The notes: generated by a model from the letters alone, not told the origin. Positions 18,609-27,963 are shown, counted from the first letter of the stretch. The stretch: 64,000 nt of DNA from an uncultured Actinomycetota bacterium (GCA_963756705.1 CAVWOS010000009.1:18120-82119); one strand, 5' to 3'. Numbers and translations are program-made.

Positions 18609-19400
18609 TCAGTGCTGTGTGCGGGGAGTGGGCGCGTCCCACATGTCCGTCATGGGCAGCAGGTGCTCCGGCAGGCGCCGCAGCGTGAGGCTCAGCAGAT
18701 CGGTGCGGTCCGGGAGGTAGGTGATGAGGGTGTGGGCGAGCGCGAGGCCGACCGGGGCAGCCGTGGGACGGTCGCTCGCGCGCACCCAGGCCAGGGTCGC
18801 CAGGCGCAGACACTGCAGGGCCGGGGCCGCGGGCGAGCTCAAGCTGTAGCGGGCGATGGCGATCCGGCAGTACAGATTGACCGCCCGGTCCCAGTGGCCG
18901 GCCAGCAGTGTCAGGTCGGCGTACAGCTCGCCGGCCAGCCACGGCCCCGGGTGGTCCTGGCCAAGGTCCAGAGTCAGCCGGCTGACCAGACGGCCGGCTG
19001 CCTTCACGGCCTCCTCGATGTCGCCGGCGCGCTCAGCGGCGAAGACCTGTTCCAGCAGGCCGTCCCGGTCCGGCGGCTGCTCGCTCCACCGCGGGTCCGG
19101 GGTGCCGCCGGGTGTGGATATGTGCGGGGCCAGCCGGTGCGGATTGCGGGCGCCGGCTCCGGTGACCGCGTAGACGTCGACCCGGCCGTGGGTCCGGCCG
19201 ACCCTGACCAGTACCGGACGCCCCTGCGCGGTGGCAGCCTCGGCTGCGTGCTGCCACAGCGGGTGCTCCGGCTCGTCCACGCCCGGTGACATCGCCCAGG
19301 ACAGGGCGTGGACGTCGCCTCCGGGCATCACCACGGCTGTGATCAGCGGAGCACCCAATACCGTGATCACCGCGTTTCCCGGGCGGGCGTAGCGGCTCAT
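18609..19400 (-). CDS. hypothetical protein with TPR-like helical C-terminus
   Basis: GGAGG SD before ATG 19400; LGQDHP..LYADL..GHWDRAVNLY resembles actinobacterial TPR repeats. Confidence 0.6.
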   Translation of the reverse strand: MSRYARPGNAVITVLGAPLITAVVMPGGDVHALSWAMSPGVDEPEHPLWQHAAEAATAQGRPVLVRVGRTHGRVDVYAVTGAGARNPHRLAPHISTPGGTPDPRWSEQPPDRDGLLEQVFAAERAGDIEEAVKAAGRLVSRLTLDLGQDHPGPWLAGELYADLTLLAGHWDRAVNLYCRIAIARYSLSSPAAPALQCLRLATLAWVRASDRPTAAPVGLALAHTLITYLPDRTDLLSLTLRRLPEHLLPMTDMWDAPTPRTQH

Positions 19401-19596
19401 CGTGTCCTCCACGGGAGACGGCGTCGCTGCCGGGCGGTGACACCGGTATGCAGGGCGTAGCGGCGCGCCGCCGCGTGGTAGAGCCAGGCCCTGTAAGGGC
19501 GGGTGCCGGGCCCGGCCGTGCGGTGCTCGAAGCGCCGCCCGCCCATGCCGGCCGTGCCGAGCGGGTGCGGACCGGGCCGCGTCGGGGTGCCGGCGG

Positions 19597-20817
19597 TCAC
19601 GACGCGCCACCTGTCCCGGGCCCGTCGCCCGTCCCGGACGCGCCGCCCGAGGTGATGTCGCACCGGATGCTCCAGTACAGGCCGTCACATGCGGTGCGGG
19701 TCACGTGCGGCATGGCCACCAGATGCGCCCTGCCGTCCTCCACGGCCAGGTCCCACCAGGCGCACACAGCCGGAGCCGGCGCGTCGAAGCTGACGATGAT
19801 CGACCCGGGTACCCGGTGCGGCCTGACTCCGAGACCCAGGAGGCGGTGATGCGCGTAGGAGGCGACGGACAGGCACTCCTGGACCTGGCGGCGCAACCCG
19901 TCACGGCCCAGATCCCGGAGCGCCACCCACATCAGTGCCGCGGCCAACCCGGAGCGCGAGCAGCCCAGCGTGCGGTCCCGGCCGCCGAGGTACTGCTCCA
20001 CACGGGCGGCCGGCACCAGGTGCTCGCGGGCCAGGACCACACCGCACGGCGTGGGCACGCCCAGGAATTTGTGGCCGCTGATCGTGATGCTGTCGGCCAT
20101 CCCGTCGGCGAACGTCCACCGCGGCGGCGAGGTGAGGAACGGGGCGACCAGCCCGCCCAAAGCGGCGTCGACGTGCACGTAGACCGGGCCGCCCGCGGCG
20201 CGTGCCGCCTCCCGCAGCGCGGGAACGTCGTCGTAGGCGCCGGTGGCGGTGATGCCGATCGTGGCCACCACGATCGCCCCGCCGTCCCGGCGAGCCGTCT
20301 CCCGCCGCAGCGCGGCCGGGTCCATCGTCCCGTCGCCGCGGCCATCGACGACCACCACGTCCATCCCCAACCGGCCGCACGCTTTGCGCACCGAGGAGTG
20401 CGTCGCGGCGGTCGTGTAGACCGGCGCCCGCGGCAGGGCCCGCCGAGCGACGTGGAGCCCGAACTCATTGCCTTCGCTACCGCCGGAGACGATGTAGCCG
20501 TACACATCGGCCCGGGGGATGTCGGTCAGACCGGCGAAGAAGTTGATCACTTCGCGTTCCAGAGCCTTGGTGCCGCCATCGTCCGCATCGGGATCACCGG
20601 CGTTGTTGAAGTGCACCCCGAGCAGGCCAGCGAGGTCGCGAAAATCGGTGGCCCGGTTGCCTGGATAGCCCAGCGATGACCGGTCGCGCTCATGGGCCTG
20701 CTCGGTCAGCCGGCCGATACGGGCCCGGGTGACCACAGGGTCGCCCGGGGCGTCGCCGATCGCGTCATCCAGACCCGCCAGATCCGGGGCCTGTCGGGGA
20801 CGAGGTATGAGAGCCAT
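19597..20817 (-). CDS. PLP-dependent group II decarboxylase (histidine decarboxylase family)
   Basis: SLGYPGN, NNAGDP, GYIVSGGSEGN, HVDAALGG, SGHK (PLP lysine), GCSRSG. Confidence 0.9.
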   Translation of the reverse strand: MALIPRPRQAPDLAGLDDAIGDAPGDPVVTRARIGRLTEQAHERDRSSLGYPGNRATDFRDLAGLLGVHFNNAGDPDADDGGTKALEREVINFFAGLTDIPRADVYGYIVSGGSEGNEFGLHVARRALPRAPVYTTAATHSSVRKACGRLGMDVVVVDGRGDGTMDPAALRRETARRDGGAIVVATIGITATGAYDDVPALREAARAAGGPVYVHVDAALGGLVAPFLTSPPRWTFADGMADSITISGHKFLGVPTPCGVVLAREHLVPAARVEQYLGGRDRTLGCSRSGLAAALMWVALRDLGRDGLRRQVQECLSVASYAHHRLLGLGVRPHRVPGSIIVSFDAPAPAVCAWWDLAVEDGRAHLVAMPHVTRTACDGLYWSIRCDITSGGASGTGDGPGTGGAS

Positions 20818-21033
20818 AGGGCCGCCTTCGGCCAGTGCGGAACGGCCCCGACCGGGGTGTGCTCCGCAGGGATTTATGAGCGGGTGGGGCCCATGCCCGT
20901 GGGCCCCACCCCGGCGAACGGCCGCGCCTGCCAGAACGCACAGCCGAGATGGCCCCCCACTGGGCCACCGCCGTGCCGTCAGACCACCACGACCGCCACA
21001 CCCACACACCGGCCCCGACGCTGAGCGGTGCAC

Positions 21034-21082
21034 CGGATTTGGGGTGCGAACCCTCAATTTGCGGGTTCGCACCCCAAATCCG
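21034..21082. repeat. perfect 20-bp inverted repeat with 9-nt loop
   Basis: CGGATTTGGGGTGCGAACCC / GGGTTCGCACCCCAAATCCG. Confidence 0.9.
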
Positions 21083-21130
21083 ACATGGCGCTCAGCATCC
21101 CGGCACTCCCGGCGCCGCCGGGCCCGCTCC

Positions 21131-21136
21131 TAACGT
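21131..21136 (+). promoter_or_regulatory. putative -10 element (TAACGT) of the tRNA gene
   Basis: 7 nt upstream of tRNA G1. Confidence 0.35.
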
Positions 21137-21143
21137 CGGCCCC

Positions 21144-21227
21144 GCCTGGGTGGCGCAACGGCAGACGCAGCCGATTTAAAACCGGCCGCCCCCCGGGGGC
21201 ATGCGGGTTCGAGTCCCGTCCCAGGCG
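21144..21227 (+). tRNA. bldA-like: tRNA-Leu (anticodon UAA), class II, bldA-like; G73 discriminator, A31-C39 mismatch, CCA not encoded
   Basis: acceptor GCCTGGG/CCCAGGC; D-arm GCG-CAACGGCAGA-CGC; anticodon arm GCCGA-TTTAAAA-CCGGC (TAA at 21177-21179); variable arm GCCCC/GGGGC; T-arm GCGGG-TTCGAGT-CCCGT. Confidence 0.85.
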
Positions 21228-21292
21228 CCCGCCCGGCCCGACTCGGGCCGACCCTCCCGGGCCACCTCACAACCGACTGACGGAGGAGACCG

Positions 21293-22336
21293 ATGACCCA
21301 CCACTCCCACGTGCGGCTCCGCCCCGCCCTGGCCGGCATCGCCGCGGCGGCCGCACTCCTGACAGCAGGCTGCACCGCCGGCCACCACGCCGGCCCACCA
21401 CCTACCAGCTCCCCGACCACCACCGGCCCGACCACAGCGCCAGCCACCGTCGCGCCACCCTCCCCCATGGACGCAGCGGCCATCCTGACCCGCTACATAA
21501 AGATCAACAACCAGGCCAACAAGGAGGTCTCCCCCAAGCTCAACGACACGATCGAGACCGGCGCCCTGCGGGCGCAGTCCCAGGCCGAGTACAAGCAGTA
21601 CCCGATCCTCACCGCCCAGGACCGCAAAGAACTCGGGGCCTTCACCTACGTGAAGCCGCACTTCTACATCCCGCGTCTCCCCGCAGGCCAGGCCCCCTGG
21701 TTCGCCGTCATCGCCCAGGAATCCGACCACAGCTCCAAGAGCACCCACACCACCTACATGATCTTCGTGGAGGAGCACCTCGGCACGTGGCGGATGGCCG
21801 CCGCGACCGAACCCTGGAAAACCCCCACACCGAAAATCGCCCTCGACTCCCACGGCTACGCCACCGCCGTCGACCCCGACAGCACCGGCCTGGCCCTGCG
21901 CCCCTCCCAGCTGTCCGCCGCGGTCACCGACAACTACACGACCGGCGGGAAAGTAGACGGTCAGGTCTTCACCCCTACCGCGCAGACGACCGAGGCGCGC
22001 ACCGAGTACAAGAAGCGCAACAACGGGCTGCTGCCCTACGCGACCGGCACCTACGTCAGCCTCAACGACCCGTATCACGCCACGTCCGTGTGGGCCCTGC
22101 GCACCAGCGACGGGGGCGTCCTGGCCATCTCCTCCAGCGTCCACGGGCTGGCAGAGGTCGCGGAGCCCGGCGGCATCATCACCATCAACCCGGGCGCCCG
22201 CGAGCGCGCGTGGATCACGAGCAAGACGGTGTACTCCCTGACCACCCAGTGGACATGCCTGGACGCCGCAGCCATCCCCACCAGAGGCAAGGCCCGCCTC
22301 CTGGGTTCCGACTGCGAGATCACCGACGCCACCTGA
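21293..22336 (+). CDS. secreted lipoprotein of unknown function
   Basis: lipobox LTAGC, Pro/Thr linker, GGAG SD. Confidence 0.75.
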   Translation: MTHHSHVRLRPALAGIAAAAALLTAGCTAGHHAGPPPTSSPTTTGPTTAPATVAPPSPMDAAAILTRYIKINNQANKEVSPKLNDTIETGALRAQSQAEYKQYPILTAQDRKELGAFTYVKPHFYIPRLPAGQAPWFAVIAQESDHSSKSTHTTYMIFVEEHLGTWRMAAATEPWKTPTPKIALDSHGYATAVDPDSTGLALRPSQLSAAVTDNYTTGGKVDGQVFTPTAQTTEARTEYKKRNNGLLPYATGTYVSLNDPYHATSVWALRTSDGGVLAISSSVHGLAEVAEPGGIITINPGARERAWITSKTVYSLTTQWTCLDAAAIPTRGKARLLGSDCEITDAT

Positions 22337-22571
22337 GAACCCGCGTCGCCACCCCGGCCGGGCCGCGCGCCTCGGCGGTCAAACCCCGAGCGGGCTACTG
22401 CTTGCGCGCGCTGCCGGCCGCCGAGGGGCCTGTGTAAATGAGGTGATCGGCGGCCGGCGACGGTAGCCGAGGAGGCGGGGATGCGGGCGATCCGGTGCTC
22501 GGTGGCCGACCACCGACCGGTGTTTTTCTCCGTCTCGCACGCCCGTCCGCGCCCCCACGTATTCTGCGGCC

Positions 22572-22802
22572 ATGGCCGACGACCCGATCCCTGCAGACCT
22601 CATCGCCCTCCAGAGCGAGTTCACCGCGGCAAGGGCCGCGGTACGACGCGCCGCCCAGACCGGCAAGGACATGGAGCCGCTGATGGCTGAAGAGCGACGG
22701 CTCGCACTGGCCCTGCACGACCTACGAGAGGGGACGCCATGGAAACCCTGGGAGCAGCAGAAGCGGGTCAGGGCAGCGGCGGCAGGCGGGGGCGGCGAGT
22801 AG
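22572..22802 (+). CDS. small hypothetical protein
   Basis: typical codon use; TATTCT 6 nt upstream of the ATG suggests a leaderless mRNA. Confidence 0.55.
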   Translation: MADDPIPADLIALQSEFTAARAAVRRAAQTGKDMEPLMAEERRLALALHDLREGTPWKPWEQQKRVRAAAAGGGGE

Positions 22803-22925
22803 GCGCGGGAACGGCGGTTGCCCTCGCCGGGGCGGAGCCTGTGCCCCGGCATACGCGGGGAGCACGGCCGAGCCGGCCTGGCTGCCCCGTCAAGGACGGG
22901 AAGAGTGGGAGCAGCGAAAAGGATC

Positions 22926-22964
22926 GGGGTCCGACCGCCTGCGGTCGGACCCCGCGGGGTTTTC
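22926..22964. terminator. 13-bp perfect hairpin followed by a T-run
   Basis: GGGGTCCGACCGC-CT-GCGGTCGGACCCC then GCGGGGTTTTCT. Confidence 0.55.
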
Positions 22965-23151
22965 TGACTGGCCGGGCTTCGCTTCGCGGAAGCAGCGCGC
23001 AGTCCGGGGCCGCTCTAACCCAACACGCCCGTCTGCCGGCCATGTTCGAGCTGCGGGGCGGGAAAACGCGGCAGCACCGACGGAAGCGCCCCGTCCAGTC
23101 GGGTGACCAGGCGGGGCGTGTCCTGTGTTTCACCCGCTACGGTGACGGGCT

Positions 23152-24090
23152 ATGCGAGAAACACAAGCACAGACCGTACAGGTATCGCCGCTTGGCGACG
23201 ACCTGGCGTTCCTCGACATCACCACCGAATGGGACCTTGAGACTCCGTACCACGACTGGCGGGTCTCGATCGTTGTCCCGGACACGTTCCGGCCCAACCC
23301 GCGCACGCCTCGTGTCATTGCCGTCGCGAATCAGAAGGGCGGGACGGGTAAGACGCTGACGGCGTTCGAGCTGGCCATGGCCCTGATCGCCCGGGGTCTG
23401 CGCGTGCGGCTGATCGACGCCGACCCGCAGTCGGCTGCCCTGACCGCATGGCTGATCGCGTGCTTCCCCGAGGGCAAGCGGCGGACGCTGACGGACGTGC
23501 TGATGGAGCGCTGCACGCTCGCCGACGCCACCTATCCGACTCCGTACGCCGGCCTTCACGTGGTCGTCTCCGCCCCCGACCTGGGCGAGGTAGAGAATTC
23601 CCACGAGAAGCCTCCGGGCGTTGAGTCCCTGCTCCAGTACCACCTGAGCGTCGACAAGGACTTCGACGTCACGGTCATCGACTCCGGCCCCAGCCTGGCG
23701 CTGCCCACGGTCGCCGCGTTGGTCGCCGCTCACGACGTGGTGGTCCCCGTCCAGGCCGCGAGCGGGCTGGACGTGAAGGGAGCAGCCTCCCTCCAACAGA
23801 CGATCAAGAGGGTGAGGGGACGCCTCAACCCCGAGCTGCGCGTCGCCGCCACATTCCTGACGGACTTCGACAGGTCGACCCTCGCCCGCACGATAGGAGC
23901 GAGGATGACCAAGGCATTCCCCGGGGCCCTGGTAGTTCCGGTCCGCCGCTCGGTGCGCGTCGGTGAAGCACAACTCGCCATGCAGCCGCTGCGGCTCTTC
24001 GCGCCCGGCACGTCGACCACCCTCGACTACGACCTGGCTGCGGCGCTGCTGACCGGCGGCACGGTCCCGGCACAGAGGACGGCGAGCTGA
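23152..24090 (+). CDS. parA: ParA-family partition ATPase
   Basis: NQKGGTGKT deviant Walker A, LIDADPQ, VIDSGP. Confidence 0.92.
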   Translation: MRETQAQTVQVSPLGDDLAFLDITTEWDLETPYHDWRVSIVVPDTFRPNPRTPRVIAVANQKGGTGKTLTAFELAMALIARGLRVRLIDADPQSAALTAWLIACFPEGKRRTLTDVLMERCTLADATYPTPYAGLHVVVSAPDLGEVENSHEKPPGVESLLQYHLSVDKDFDVTVIDSGPSLALPTVAALVAAHDVVVPVQAASGLDVKGAASLQQTIKRVRGRLNPELRVAATFLTDFDRSTLARTIGARMTKAFPGALVVPVRRSVRVGEAQLAMQPLRLFAPGTSTTLDYDLAAALLTGGTVPAQRTAS

Positions 24091-25301
24091 TGGCGGGATA
24101 CGACGCGAGTAGCGCCCTGGACGACATCTTCGAGAGCTTGGACGAACCCGAGCCGGCAGAAGGCTCGCCCGAGCCGGGAGGTCAGCAGGGGAGCGAGATG
24201 GACGCGGTCGCTGCGCGAACGGAATCCATCCTCGATGCCCGGCCGGCCGAGCCATTCGAGCTGGTCATGAACCTCGCCCGTGGTCTGCCCGATCTGGGCG
24301 ACGTCATGGCTGTGGCCGACGGCGACATGTCGGAGCTGACCGATATCGAGCGGAAGCAGAAGGGGCAGACTGAGAACATCATCCGGGCCGCTGTGGCAGC
24401 GGGGGAGGCGTCGATCTGGGTCGTCGCGGTGGGGCTTCAGGGTGTAGCCAAGGGCCGGTGGTGGCGCAGCACTCACTCCACGTACGAGCAGTATGTGAAG
24501 GATTTCACCGGACGCTCCGCCTCCTACGTCCGTCGGCTGCGGGCTGGTGCTCCCCTGGCCCTGGAGACGGCCGCCCGGACAGGCATCGTGCAGAATCCCG
24601 GCCAGAACCGGGAAGCGCGCAAGGCGGAGCAGCGGTACGGCCAGGACGCCGCCATCCTGCTCTTCCAGGTCGTCGCTGAGGTCACTCAGGAGCTGGGAGA
24701 CAGCGTCACCGCTGAGACGGTGGCCGCGGCGCGGGACGAACTCCCCACCGTGCTCTCCGAGGTTCCGGAGCAGAAGCGGGCCGAGATCGAGCAGGCGACC
24801 CGGCGGGCTCTCGGGCAAGACGTGCCAATTGGCACGCCGACGTTCGACCAAGAATCGAACAGGGGCGTGCCAATTGGCACGCCGACCGGAGAAGCGGGCC
24901 AGGCGCAGCGGCCAGCCACAGACACTGCTCGACCCGAGGACGACTCCGAGGACGACATCCTCGACGCCGAGATCGTGCCCGAGTCGATCGTCACTCTGAA
25001 GGACGCCGCCGCCGCACTCAATGCGCTGAACCGGGCCGTCAGCAAGGACACCTTCGTCCAGGCCGCGAAGGACGCAAACCCGACGGAGTACGCCGACCTC
25101 CGCGCCAAGATCCTGAGCCGGACCACCAGCCTCCAGAAGAAGGCGCTGCACGCTCCGGCCGTCTACGGGTCTGCTCCCGTATGTGAGACCTGCGAGAACG
25201 ACGCCGTGCCCAGCCCGGCGGAAGCCAAGCTCGGCAGGGTCGGCGCCTACTGGTGGTGCGCGACGTGCAAGACCACCCAGGGCGTCCGCGAGGCGCTGTA
25301 G
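24090..25301 (+). CDS. ParA partner, non-canonical centromere-binding candidate with HTH and C-terminal CxxC..CxxC
   Basis: coupled to parA (TGATG); WWRSTHSTYEQYVKDFTGRSASYVRRL HTH-like; CETC..WWCATC. Confidence 0.65.
   Translation: MAGYDASSALDDIFESLDEPEPAEGSPEPGGQQGSEMDAVAARTESILDARPAEPFELVMNLARGLPDLGDVMAVADGDMSELTDIERKQKGQTENIIRAAVAAGEASIWVVAVGLQGVAKGRWWRSTHSTYEQYVKDFTGRSASYVRRLRAGAPLALETAARTGIVQNPGQNREARKAEQRYGQDAAILLFQVVAEVTQELGDSVTAETVAAARDELPTVLSEVPEQKRAEIEQATRRALGQDVPIGTPTFDQESNRGVPIGTPTGEAGQAQRPATDTARPEDDSEDDILDAEIVPESIVTLKDAAAALNALNRAVSKDTFVQAAKDANPTEYADLRAKILSRTTSLQKKALHAPAVYGSAPVCETCENDAVPSPAEAKLGRVGAYWWCATCKTTQGVREAL
24821..24883. repeat. twin AATT-centred palindromes (parS candidate)
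   Basis: CGTGCCAATTGGCACG 24821-24836; GGCGTGCCAATTGGCACGCC 24864-24883. Confidence 0.85.
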
Positions 25302-25502
25302 CTCCACGCTCCTGGACAGGACAGGCCCCCCGCTCCACTTGAGCAGGGGGCCTGCCTGCGGTTTCCCGGAGTGGGTTTTGCGACCTCGGATGAGGGAACG
25401 GACCGGGACTGACCCGGTCGGGAAGATGTGGGCCGCCGCGGGGACCACGAACCACCACCGCGAGATGACGGAGTCGTCCCGCCCAGCGCTTCCCTCCGGC
25501 AC

Positions 25503-26351
25503 TTACCACGCGGACGCCGCGGCGGTGTCGGGCAGGGTCAGTTCCTGTATGGCCTGGGCGTCGGTGGGCGAGGCGGGCAGGAAGACCACCAGGTGCTGGT
25601 TGTGGTCCTCCGCGACCGTCAACTTCGTGGTGTTGAAGGTGACCCGGCCGGCCATCGGGTGCTGGAACCGCTTCATCGCCGGGGCGTACGCCTGCACCGG
25701 ATGCTCGGACCACATCGCCACGAAGTCCGGGCTGGCCGCGGCGAGCGCCTCCAGCAGCTCCCGCACCCGCGGGTCGTTCGGACAACGCCCCACCGAGGCG
25801 CGGAACTGCCCCAGGATGTCCTTGGCCTCCCGCTGCCAGTCGACCAGCAGCGTCCGCATCGAGGGCCGGGTGAACAGCAGCCAGATGCTGTTGCGCTGCT
25901 CGTCCGGCAGCCCGTCCAGACCGCCGACCAACTGCTCGTAGGCCCGGTTGTACGCCAGCAGGTCCCAGCAGATGTTCGTGACGTGCGCCGGATTGGGGTC
26001 GAGGGTCTCCACCAGGGCCCGCAGCGTCGGGTTGACGACCGCCGGCTGCGGGGTGTCCGGGGAGAACGCCACCCCGGCCAGCGTGTACAAGTGGCGGCGC
26101 TCGGCCGCCGACAACCGCAGGGCACGCGCCAGCCCCTCCAGCACCTGGCCGCTGACAGTGATCTTCCGGCCCTGCTCCAGCCAGGTGTACCAGGTCACGC
26201 TCACCCCGGACATCTGCGCAACCTCCTCGCGCCGCAACCCCGGAGTCCTGCGCCGCGGCCCCGGCTCGATCCCGGCCTCCTCCGGCCGCAGCATCTCCCG
26301 GCGCGAGCGCAGGAACCCGGCCAGCAACTCACGCTGGGTCATATTGTCCAT
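25503..26351 (-). CDS. MmyB/MLTR-family XRE transcriptional regulator
   Basis: LAGFLRSRRE..RRRTPGLRREEVAQMSGVSVTWYTWLEQGR plus a PAS-like ligand domain (PAHVTNICWDLLAYN). Confidence 0.92.
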   Translation of the reverse strand: MDNMTQRELLAGFLRSRREMLRPEEAGIEPGPRRRTPGLRREEVAQMSGVSVTWYTWLEQGRKITVSGQVLEGLARALRLSAAERRHLYTLAGVAFSPDTPQPAVVNPTLRALVETLDPNPAHVTNICWDLLAYNRAYEQLVGGLDGLPDEQRNSIWLLFTRPSMRTLLVDWQREAKDILGQFRASVGRCPNDPRVRELLEALAAASPDFVAMWSEHPVQAYAPAMKRFQHPMAGRVTFNTTKLTVAEDHNQHLVVFLPASPTDAQAIQELTLPDTAAASAW

Positions 26352-26416
26352 GGAGGTACCTCCCGGCGAACCGGTCCCGGCTTTGTCGTGGTGGAGCAGG
26401 TGACCGGCCGGGCTGG

Positions 26417-26809
26417 TCACGGCTTCGGCCGGCACACCTCGCACGCCGTGGTGTCGTCGAACGTGAGCATCCCGCGCGCCTGGCCGGGGTCGGGCACTGG
26501 TGTGATGCGCGTCCCTGTGGCCGGCTTGGCCAGGGTCCAGCAGGTAGCGAGGTGCAGCTCCAGCGTCGGCGGCTTGAGCCGGGTGTCCGTGGAAAGTACG
26601 TACCGGGGTTCGGTCGGCTCTCGCTCGACCGTGCTGTAGTCCTCGCCGTCGATCTGCTGTACGGCCGCCGCAGGCACGGACAGGGCGACATCCGCCAGCC
26701 AGGCTCCGGTCTGGTCCTGCCGCCACCGCCGAAGCCGGCCGGTGGTCACGCGCCCGCCGGGGAGGGTCACCCGGACCTGGGGATCGGGGGAGTCGGATGA
26801 ATCGCTCAT
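26417..26809 (-). CDS. DUF6233-like Zn-binding protein
   Basis: LHLATCW..ACEVCRP motif. Confidence 0.65.
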   Translation of the reverse strand: MSDSSDSPDPQVRVTLPGGRVTTGRLRRWRQDQTGAWLADVALSVPAAAVQQIDGEDYSTVEREPTEPRYVLSTDTRLKPPTLELHLATCWTLAKPATGTRITPVPDPGQARGMLTFDDTTACEVCRPKP

Positions 26810-26907
26810 GTGTTTGATTCTAGAACTTGGCGTTGTGGGCGGGTGGTCCTCGCGCCGCCGCGCGAGGGACCACCCGCTCGCAAACGCGGGGGTGATGCGG
26901 TGGGTGG

Positions 26908-27963
26908 TTAGGGGCGGTAGAGCGGCATTCCGGGCTCGCCGACGTTCACGTCCATCACGGCGGAGTCAGCCGCTACACCGGACAGGAATGCCTGGTTGGT
27001 AACCAGGGCGTGGGTGCCCCTGAACGCGACCGAGGCGGGGTTGTCCCAGGGGATCGAGCTGCCGGAGGACGTGACGCGGGTGAGCTCGCGCCCGCCGGGG
27101 GACAGGACCAGCAAAGCGTTGCCCAGGGCGAGCGGGACGTAGATGCGGCCGGACGCGCCGAGCGCGAATCCGTCCGGTGCCTCGCCGGGCTGGCCTTGCC
27201 AGATCGTGTGCAGTGCTCCGGGCCTGCCGCCCGCGCCGATGCCCATGGTGTAGATGCGGCCGTATCCGGTCGCCATCTGGCTGGGGTCGGTCACGCCGTA
27301 CAGGCACTGCCCGACCACCAACGTGGTCGGCCCGGCGAATTTGATGCCGCACGTGCCGAAAATGGATTCCAGTTGCGGATCGGTCTTCCACACGACCGGC
27401 GTCCCTCCACCGCGCGGAATACGCCAGATCAGGGCCTGGGAGATATCCGTGACCAGCAGGGACCCGTCCGGCGCGAAAGCCAAATCGTCGGCGTACGCCG
27501 GCAGGTCGGACTGGGTCGCGGAGCAGTTGCCGTCCGGACCCGCAGGGCCGCAGGGCGGCACATCCGCGAACGTCGCGTAGGTGCGCTGGGCTCCGGTGCG
27601 CGGGTCCACGGCGATCACCCGGGCCGGGTGCCGGTCCAGTGCGTACAGCACCCCGCGGGAGTCCTGAGCCATGTTGGTCAGGCCCTGCGGGGCATCCTGA
27701 CCTGTGATGGTGATGTCTTTGACGATCTTTCCGCTGCCGTTGTAGCCGAAGATGTGGCTCGGCCCGCCGGGGCCGCCGCCGGCGTCCTGGTGGGTGGCCA
27801 CGTAGGTCGTGCCGTCATCGGCCTCGACGATGCCGACCGGGTGGCCGGGGGTGGGCACGGTGGCGAACAGGCGACTGGACATGGTGGTGGCCTGGGCTGT
27901 TGTGGTGGTCAGGAAGAGCACTGCCGCGAGCGGGATGATCGCCAGCGCCCACAGGCGCCGCAT
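26908..27963 (-). CDS. secreted SMP-30/gluconolactonase-like beta-propeller protein
   Basis: signal peptide MRRLWALAIIPLAAVLF; DDLAFAPDGSLLVTD and PDGFALGASGRIYV blades. Confidence 0.75.
   Translation of the reverse strand: MRRLWALAIIPLAAVLFLTTTTAQATTMSSRLFATVPTPGHPVGIVEADDGTTYVATHQDAGGGPGGPSHIFGYNGSGKIVKDITITGQDAPQGLTNMAQDSRGVLYALDRHPARVIAVDPRTGAQRTYATFADVPPCGPAGPDGNCSATQSDLPAYADDLAFAPDGSLLVTDISQALIWRIPRGGGTPVVWKTDPQLESIFGTCGIKFAGPTTLVVGQCLYGVTDPSQMATGYGRIYTMGIGAGGRPGALHTIWQGQPGEAPDGFALGASGRIYVPLALGNALLVLSPGGRELTRVTSSGSSIPWDNPASVAFRGTHALVTNQAFLSGVAADSAVMDVNVGEPGMPLYRP

Noticed and set aside
19494-19496. TTA codon in the 18609..19688 ORF
   Set aside because: It lies upstream of the likely start (ATG 19400 with a GGAGG SD).
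21144-21227. tRNA as an attL/attR integration site
   Set aside because: No integrase and no second copy of the tRNA 3' end in the window; it remains possible outside the window.
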